IMG/VR virus record: IMGVR_UViG_3300025115_000633
Location: 1 to 62,627 of that record
Length of the DNA stretch: 62,627 nucleotides
Direction: 5' to 3' (one strand)
Source: a virus
Lineage: Duplodnaviria > Caudoviricetes
The position numbers and the translations under genes were made by a program. The notes beneath the pieces were generated by a model, which was not told where the DNA came from, searched no databases, and saw only the letters and a program-made list of their open reading frames with translations. How positions within the stretch are numbered: the stretch's first letter is position 1; every line of letters starts with the position of its first letter. Positions 56,488-62,627 of this stretch are shown here, piece by piece.

Positions 56488-56738
56488 GTTTGGAGTACGG
56501 CCAGATTTTCAAGGACAAAGAGCCTAGATGGTTGAGATGCCCAGCGTGTGGCGGTAGTGGCAAGAAGCCGGCATCTGACCCGATGTTGTGGACACTGCTT
56601 CTTTCTCATATTGATATCTCAAAACAGGACAGGGCTTTGATAGCCCAGGGCATCTGCCTCGCCTGTAAAGGGAAAGGGCAGATATTGATTGGCAACAATT
56701 CCGGATGGATTAAACGGGTTTTACGAAAGATATTTTGA
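56484..56738 (+). CDS. DnaJ-type zinc-finger protein
   Basis: CPACGGSG and CLACKGKG. Confidence 0.7.
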   Translation: MSLEYGQIFKDKEPRWLRCPACGGSGKKPASDPMLWTLLLSHIDISKQDRALIAQGICLACKGKGQILIGNNSGWIKRVLRKIF

Positions 56739-57577
56739 TGCGGTTCTTTACTGAACAACAGATTAACGAGGCTGCATGTTGGGCTGCGGGCATTGTGCAT
56801 TCGCATTTCCCCAAAATGGATTACAAAGACCTTATTCAGCAGGCATGGATGGAAGCTATAATCTGCGACGAGAAGTTTGTCGATAACCATTCTGCTGCAC
56901 CTTCAACGTGGCTGCATCGGACGTTGTGGGGCAAACTGATGAACTATGCTGTAAAATGCCGAAAACAAAACCATCAAGATTTTTCTTATGCTGAAAATAT
57001 GCCCAGCAGCAAATTAGAGAAAATGAACGACGAAACTCCAGATGTTATGCAGTTAGCAAATCAGATACTTTCACCTGTGGCAATAGATGCTTTATCAGCT
57101 ATTGCTATAGAGAAAATTAAATGGTCTGAATGGCGAAAGCTGCGGCATATTGATGCTAGAAGTGCTTATCAAGTTAAGAAAGAAATAAAAAGGGCTATGG
57201 AGTGGGTTATTGAGGAGATCAATTCCAAACCGAAAGCTAATTCGAGAGCGTCAATGCATCGCCCTCCTTGTTTTGGCAAGCTGTGGTCGTCTATTGCTAA
57301 TGAGTGTAAAGTGTGCCCCGTACGGATTGGGTGCCTTGCGGCGGACAACAAAACCTTTGAACTTACCAAATTTCAGGTTGACGTTTTGCAAGGTATAGGT
57401 TCGCTTTCCATAACTGTGAAGGAGTTGTCAAAAAAACTAAAAACTAAAAACCGAAGAGTTTATTACACGTTATGCCGTTTAAGAGAATTGGGTTTTGTGG
57501 TGAGCGATGGGCATGCAAGAGGGGTTTATAAATTAAATGAAAACACCAAAAGAAGTGAAAGTAACATTGTCAGCTGA
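56735..57577 (+). CDS. sigma-like protein fused to Cys motif and C-terminal winged-HTH
   Basis: DYKDLIQQAW...STWL region-2-like; CFGK...ECKVC...C; ITVKELSKKL...VYYTLCRLRELGFV. Confidence 0.6.
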   Translation: MMRFFTEQQINEAACWAAGIVHSHFPKMDYKDLIQQAWMEAIICDEKFVDNHSAAPSTWLHRTLWGKLMNYAVKCRKQNHQDFSYAENMPSSKLEKMNDETPDVMQLANQILSPVAIDALSAIAIEKIKWSEWRKLRHIDARSAYQVKKEIKRAMEWVIEEINSKPKANSRASMHRPPCFGKLWSSIANECKVCPVRIGCLAADNKTFELTKFQVDVLQGIGSLSITVKELSKKLKTKNRRVYYTLCRLRELGFVVSDGHARGVYKLNENTKRSESNIVS

Positions 57578-58487
57578 TGTGGCTAAAGCCCTGGCAGAAG
57601 GTCGTCCTGTGATTTTGCGGCTTTGTGCTCTGGCGGAATTTTCAGTAGATCCTGCTGTAAAGGCCGGTAAACTGAAGGTTGCGGCGGCGGAATCGACGTA
57701 TAAGACGGTGAAACAAAAGGTGAAGGCCGCCCCTCGTCAAATCAATTTTGGGCATCTCCGTATCATTGACGCATGGAATGGTCATCCGTATATGGAGAAA
57801 TTAGAGAATATGGATCAAAACAGAAAGAGAAACAAACTAGCTCCTACGACAGGTTGCCCCAATGATTTGCTCATCCTTATTGACACGGCTATCGGAATAT
57901 CCACGCCTCAGAAAGTGATTGACAGCATAGATTGTTATTTTGCGAAATGCTCGATAGGGGCGAATATCGGTAAAAAAAACAACATCCCTACGGATTTTAG
58001 CTTTGCGAGTTTGAACACGTTTTTATCGGCGTTTATCGCCCGCAGAAAGTCATACATGTTCGGATGGTGGGAAAAGGATGAAAATACCCGTGTTCAGGCA
58101 CCTCCCGTTGAAGATAAGCACCCCGAACAGACGAAAGCGGTGGCTGACGCTTTTGCTGAAGAATTTCTTGACCGCCCAGCCTACGATTTGAAAAATCCGT
58201 CCAAGGAGTATTGGACATTCCTGTCTGTTGCTGGGCGAATCCGTTCATCCCTCAAAGGTGCACATCAAATGTGGTCGTTTGAGAAACTTCTTAAGTTGGT
58301 TCTTAAGTGTGTTGCAGAGGAGCACAGAGATGGTTCTCTCGTTTATCCTGGCACGTTAATCAACGATAGGCTATGGAAAATATCTTTGCCTCAGTATTTG
58401 AGCAGCACCAATGTGAGATTGTCTTTACCGTCGTTGGGAGCAATCGAAAAAAAGATACCAGAAGAGGAGACGCCCATTGGTGGATAA
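57537..58487 (+). CDS. hypothetical protein upstream of helicase (possible initiator/loader)
   Basis: Long ORF coupled to DnaB; function inferred from position only. Confidence 0.6.
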   Translation: MKTPKEVKVTLSADVAKALAEGRPVILRLCALAEFSVDPAVKAGKLKVAAAESTYKTVKQKVKAAPRQINFGHLRIIDAWNGHPYMEKLENMDQNRKRNKLAPTTGCPNDLLILIDTAIGISTPQKVIDSIDCYFAKCSIGANIGKKNNIPTDFSFASLNTFLSAFIARRKSYMFGWWEKDENTRVQAPPVEDKHPEQTKAVADAFAEEFLDRPAYDLKNPSKEYWTFLSVAGRIRSSLKGAHQMWSFEKLLKLVLKCVAEEHRDGSLVYPGTLINDRLWKISLPQYLSSTNVRLSLPSLGAIEKKIPEEETPIGG

Positions 58488-59889
58488 TGTATTTTCAACC
58501 CATGTTCAAGACTGTGCCATTCGTTTAATGATAACGGACACCGAATTCCTCAAGCTAATTTATGGCAATCTGTTTCCTGAGATGATGACCTCTGAGGTTG
58601 CGGAGACCGCTGTCCGTGTATGCTGTGACTATTTCGCTAATTTTAAGTGTTCTCCAAATCAGCATTTTCAGGAAGAGTTTGACCGCCTGACATCTTCTTT
58701 GCCGGAAGAAAAACGTGAGCGTTATCGAGAGTATGGAGCACGGGTGATGGAGATGCCCAAGCCCGACAGCAGATATATCTCGAAACGTATCAACGAATAT
58801 ATTAAGGCTAGAGAGTTCAGTTCGGCTCTTGAGGAAGCGGCCAGTTTTGTGGAAAAAGGTGAGTTTGACAGGGCTTCCCATAGAATGCATTTGGCGATGA
58901 AAGCAGGGATCGATAGAGAGAACGTCGGACTCGATTATACGAGGGACGAGAGCACACTCAGGAGCCGCAGGTCGCCGGACGAAACGTTGATGCCTTTCGG
59001 CATTGAGTGGTTCGACTCCAAGCTGTCTGGAATGCACAGAGGTCAGTTGGTGACGCTTATCGGGTCGTACAAGGGGTCCAAGTCGTGGATGCTCTGCCAT
59101 TTTGCAAGAATAGGGTTGACGCATGGCAAGAACGTGGTATACCTCTCGCACGAAAACAGTGAAGAGGAATTCGCACGGCGGTTCGACATGATGTTCAACG
59201 CCTTCGTCTCAACCCCTGAACCAAAGGAAATATTTTATTCCTATCCTGACGGTGATGAGCGTTCGTATGAGATCAAACGTGAAGCTGTGCCTGAGTTGCG
59301 TGACACCATCTACAATGATGAAAAGGTGCTCCGCAAGCGAAGGTATGTGGAACGTATGGGAGGCAGAAGCCGGCTTTTTGTGAAGAAATATCCTATGGCT
59401 ACCTGTTCTGTGTTTGAGGCAGAAAGGTATATGGATTATCTTGAAAGATACCACAACGTCACAACAGACATTCTGATAACTGACTATGCTGACATTATGA
59501 AACCTACAGACAACCGAATGGACACCCGAGACCGTTTGAACGATACCTATATTCACCTGAAGAGGATAGCTGATGAGCGTAATATTCTTGTAATAACAGC
59601 ATCTCAATGCAAGCGTGAGGCGATTAATGCAAAAACATTGAGCATTAAAGACTTTGCTGAAGACATCCGAAAAGCCGCAAATGTCGATATTGCACTCGGC
59701 ATAACGTCCACCCCGCAGCTTAAAGAAGCTGAAGCTGCGACCGTGCAAGTGCTTGCCCACCGCTCGGAAGAGCAGGGTTTGGCGGCTATTGTGGGTCAGA
59801 AACTGGATACGGGTGGCGTGGTTTTGTGGTCGATGCCAGCTGCCGGCAACAGGACGCCCGGCGCTTCCTCTAATGTGGATGATGACTAA
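58477..59889 (+). CDS. dnaB: replicative DnaB-like helicase
   Basis: GQLVTLIGSYKGSKS (variant Walker A), YLSHE, ITDYADIM, VITASQ, AEDIRK. Confidence 0.9.
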   Translation: MVDNVFSTHVQDCAIRLMITDTEFLKLIYGNLFPEMMTSEVAETAVRVCCDYFANFKCSPNQHFQEEFDRLTSSLPEEKRERYREYGARVMEMPKPDSRYISKRINEYIKAREFSSALEEAASFVEKGEFDRASHRMHLAMKAGIDRENVGLDYTRDESTLRSRRSPDETLMPFGIEWFDSKLSGMHRGQLVTLIGSYKGSKSWMLCHFARIGLTHGKNVVYLSHENSEEEFARRFDMMFNAFVSTPEPKEIFYSYPDGDERSYEIKREAVPELRDTIYNDEKVLRKRRYVERMGGRSRLFVKKYPMATCSVFEAERYMDYLERYHNVTTDILITDYADIMKPTDNRMDTRDRLNDTYIHLKRIADERNILVITASQCKREAINAKTLSIKDFAEDIRKAANVDIALGITSTPQLKEAEAATVQVLAHRSEEQGLAAIVGQKLDTGGVVLWSMPAAGNRTPGASSNVDDD

Positions 59890-61376
59890 TGGATTCTGAG
59901 GATTATAAAGGGCTTACCGACGCCGAGATGAACCAGGTGTTCGACTGGTCGGGGCTTAAAAGCAACCCCCTGCACCACCAAAAGGTGGTGGCTACGTGGG
60001 CTATGGCTGAAGGTTTGGATCGCCTGATGCTTTGGATGGGTGTTGGGGTGGGTAAAACCTACACCTCACTCATTCTATCAGAATTATGGGTATGTAATAG
60101 GATACTTGTCCTCTGCCCGCCATCGGTTGTACCGGCGTGGATAGAGCAGGTAAAAATGCATACCGACAGATCCATTTACGTGATAGATGGACCAGCTTAT
60201 CTACGATGGGAGGAATTTTACACCTCCGATGAGAATGTTATAATCTTGCCCTACGACGGCCTCAAGTATGTATTTGGGGACATCAAAGATGTTAAACGCT
60301 GGTCAAAAGGTGAGCTGAGGGACGCCCAGGGCTTTGTCCTGGATGATAAACGCCTGCTTGCCGTCAAAGAGTTGGGATTCGACTGTGTGATAATGGACGA
60401 AATCCACCACATCAGGAATCCGCAGTCGGTGCAATCGAGGGCGGCAATTAAAGCATCTGGGGAGATAAAACATGCAATAGGGATGACCGGCACACCGATA
60501 GCCAATGACGCCGCCGACCTGTGGGCGGCATATTTTGCTGTTGATAGGGGCAAGAGTCTGGGTCCATCGAGGAACGCCTTCATTCACAAATATGGGTATA
60601 TGGATCCCTGGAAACGCCCACATGTGAGAAAATCCAGTTTGCCGGCGATCAGAAAGCAGGTATCTCCTGTTACGATGCAATACGCAAGGCATGAATGTAT
60701 CGACCTGCCGCCTGAGACAAGGGAAGTGGTTTCGGTCGAGATGTCGGACAAGCAAACTAAACTCACAAACCAGCTCAGGACAACATTTGCCGCAAACGTG
60801 GACAATAAAAAGATAACTGTCGCTAATGCCCTTGTAGCCACAATCAAGCTGGCTCAGGTGGCTAACGGATTTATCCAGGACGAGGACGGGAACGTCGAAG
60901 TGTTTAACGAGAATCCTAAGATTGAGATTCTTAAAGAAGTGGTGTCGGAGTTGGAGGAGAAGTGCATCATCTTCCACGCCTTTGAAACAGACGGGCAGCT
61001 TATCGAAAAGGCGATGAAAAAGATGGGGATACATAGCAGGTCATTACGTGGAGAGATAACCCATAAACAGAGGGAGAAAGCTCTAAACGATTTCAAAAAT
61101 GACCCCTCTGTCCGTGTGCTCATCGCCCATCCCCAATGCGGTGGCGAGGGGCTTAATCTTCAGTTTGCAAGCGTGGCAATTTTCTATAGCTGTTGGTATG
61201 AAGGAATGCATGTCAGGGAGCAGGCCGAAGGCAGGATAAGCCGCACAGGGCAAACGAAGCCTGTCCTTTTCATCGATATTGTGGCTGAAAGATCTGTTGA
61301 TGAGGCTATATCTCATAACAGGCAAAGGAAACAGAATACTGCAAAAGCTGTGGTGGATTGGATTAAGAAAAAATGA
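59889..61376 (+). CDS. SNF2-family helicase
   Basis: GVGVGKT, DEIH, MTGTP, GGEGLNLQ, QAEGRISRTGQ. Confidence 0.92.
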   Translation: MDSEDYKGLTDAEMNQVFDWSGLKSNPLHHQKVVATWAMAEGLDRLMLWMGVGVGKTYTSLILSELWVCNRILVLCPPSVVPAWIEQVKMHTDRSIYVIDGPAYLRWEEFYTSDENVIILPYDGLKYVFGDIKDVKRWSKGELRDAQGFVLDDKRLLAVKELGFDCVIMDEIHHIRNPQSVQSRAAIKASGEIKHAIGMTGTPIANDAADLWAAYFAVDRGKSLGPSRNAFIHKYGYMDPWKRPHVRKSSLPAIRKQVSPVTMQYARHECIDLPPETREVVSVEMSDKQTKLTNQLRTTFAANVDNKKITVANALVATIKLAQVANGFIQDEDGNVEVFNENPKIEILKEVVSELEEKCIIFHAFETDGQLIEKAMKKMGIHSRSLRGEITHKQREKALNDFKNDPSVRVLIAHPQCGGEGLNLQFASVAIFYSCWYEGMHVREQAEGRISRTGQTKPVLFIDIVAERSVDEAISHNRQRKQNTAKAVVDWIKKK

Positions 61377-61414
61377 ATAAAGAAAACCTTAAAAAAATCA
61401 AACCGCCTGACGAG

Positions 61415-61438
61415 GTTTAACGCCCCGTCCGGTATAAT
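61415..61438 (+). promoter_or_regulatory. phage promoter motif GTTTAA-N12-TATAAT
   Basis: gtttaa-cgccccgtccgg-tataat, identical core to 43941. Confidence 0.85.
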
Positions 61439-61458
61439 GCTACTAAAGGAGATTAAAT

Positions 61459-62010
61459 ATGGATAATTCGTTTCTATCGACAATGTTGGATCAGGCAGTA
61501 GAAATGAAAGAGTCGCGAGGGAAAGGCCGAACAACCTTCAAAATCTCGAGTAAAAAGAATACGCCTATACCGGAGGGAGTCTTTCCGGCATGTGAAATTG
61601 TGGTGTTTTATACGCCAGAGGGTAAGCCGAAATCTTGCAGAGCCAAATTTGTCGTGTCTGAGAATTTCAAGCTTTCTCAAACCCACACTTTCCCGTTTTT
61701 TTTTGAGGATGACCAAGATGACCAAGATGACCAAGATATTTCACAAAAACTTGAGAGAATTATCAAGAATCAGATTTACCCTATCTTTGCTCTACAGATA
61801 CTCTCTGCGAATAGCATGATCTCTCTGATGAGCAGAGGGTATTCGTTGCTCGTGGCATCGACACTAGTGGAGAACGTTAGGAAAATGACGGAGCAGATGA
61901 ATTCACCGTCTCAAATTCTCGATATCCAGGTTATGACGCAGCAAATGTTGATAAAGCATTCTCACCCCGAAATTGAGAAAGATTTCAATGATTTTATGTG
62001 TGGAAAGTAA
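61459..62010 (+). CDS. hypothetical protein
   Basis: AAGGAG SD after promoter motif. Confidence 0.7.
   Translation: MDNSFLSTMLDQAVEMKESRGKGRTTFKISSKKNTPIPEGVFPACEIVVFYTPEGKPKSCRAKFVVSENFKLSQTHTFPFFFEDDQDDQDDQDISQKLERIIKNQIYPIFALQILSANSMISLMSRGYSLLVASTLVENVRKMTEQMNSPSQILDIQVMTQQMLIKHSHPEIEKDFNDFMCGK
61708..61737 (+). repeat. 9-bp tandem repeat (gatgaccaa x3, DDQ) next to a T9 run
   Basis: Read directly; T9 at 61696-61704. Confidence 0.9.
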
Positions 62011-62011
62011 G

Positions 62012-62278
62012 ATGGCTAGTAAGCTTTGCGGGTGGAAGAATTGTTCACAATCCGTACGTGGACAGAACATATTCTGTTCCAAAGAATGCGAAGACGCGGC
62101 GCGTATGGACAACCTTAAAAATCCGGTTAAGAAGTCTGAGAAACTGCGGGTATGTTTAAGCTGCGATAAATCTTTTATGTCTACCGGTATAGGGAATCGC
62201 CTGTGCCCGTCTTGCTCGTCAAAGAACGAAAATGTTCTTGTATATAGAGTTGCTCCTCTCCGTGAGGATGAAAATTAA
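62012..62278 (+). CDS. small zinc-finger protein
   Basis: C....C, FCSKEC, CLSC...CPSC. Confidence 0.7.
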   Translation: MASKLCGWKNCSQSVRGQNIFCSKECEDAARMDNLKNPVKKSEKLRVCLSCDKSFMSTGIGNRLCPSCSSKNENVLVYRVAPLREDEN

Positions 62279-62627
62279 TCAGATACAGAAGGTGTTTATG
62301 CTTTCGCTTTTGACCTTCACCGAGCTGTGTAAGCCAAATCTCAAAAGACCGGCGGATGGCTACCCCCATGCCGTCAAGCCCCATCCATTCTCCCACGCTA
62401 ATGCCGTGATCTCCAGGATTCATTTCCATTGGAGCCTCAGCAACGGTCAGTGGTTCTGGATGAATGGGCACCCGTTGAACCCTGTGGAAAGGCATGGCAT
62501 AGGGTTTTTAGGTAGTGACCTCAGATGTTACCGTCTTAATCCCTCCCCCTCCGCATCTCTTCTTGGAAGATCTACTACTCCATCTTCCCCGAAATCTTTT
62601 GGAAAGGCGGGTTTTGCTACCCCCCCT

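Noticed and set aside
1145-61438. Repeated ~30-nt motif as CRISPR repeat or mobile-element end
   Set aside because: Copies are dispersed, single, at gene boundaries and end in TATAAT before genes; no spacer array or cas genes
62181-62495. 104-aa minus-strand ORF
   Set aside because: No SD, overlaps the zinc-finger gene, no motif
1-62627. Stop-codon reassignment, tRNA genes, integrase or transposase
   Set aside because: Genes are full length under the standard code with all three stops used; no tRNA cloverleaf or recombinase motifs were recognised by eye

Overview
A 62.6 kb piece of a large myovirus-type phage genome. It uses the standard code, essentially all genes are on the + strand, and no terminase or portal gene lies in the window. 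Modules in order: (1) 0.4-8.3 kb, a glycosyltransferase/sulfotransferase cluster; (2) 8.8-22.8 kb, T4-like head and neck genes (protease-scaffold fusion, gp23-like capsid, gp13/gp14-like neck) with accessory genes between them; (3) 22.9-43.3 kb, contractile tail and baseplate; (4) 43.5-62.3 kb, early/middle genes (two sigma-like proteins, UDG-PolA, SSB, RecA, two DNA MTases, PAPS-reductase-family protein, primase, DnaB, SNF2). The most notable feature is in the baseplate operon. Two P2-gpI/gp7-like wedge proteins carry long Cys-X-X-X repeat tracts, including SCIFF-like CQTSC units. They are followed by a radical SAM/SPASM enzyme of the thioether-forming ranthipeptide-maturase type and interleaved with three glycosyltransferases. 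This is a candidate RiPP-style system for post-translationally modifying virion proteins. Other signals: a six-copy GTTTAA-N12-TATAAT promoter (one variant copy precedes the rSAM gene), a likely +1 frameshift at TTT TTT CGT in the tail chaperone, an apparent ATC start for the tail tube gene, and an interleaved two-helix leader RNA behind a near-consensus sigma70 promoter. All family assignments come from motifs read by eye, not from database searches.
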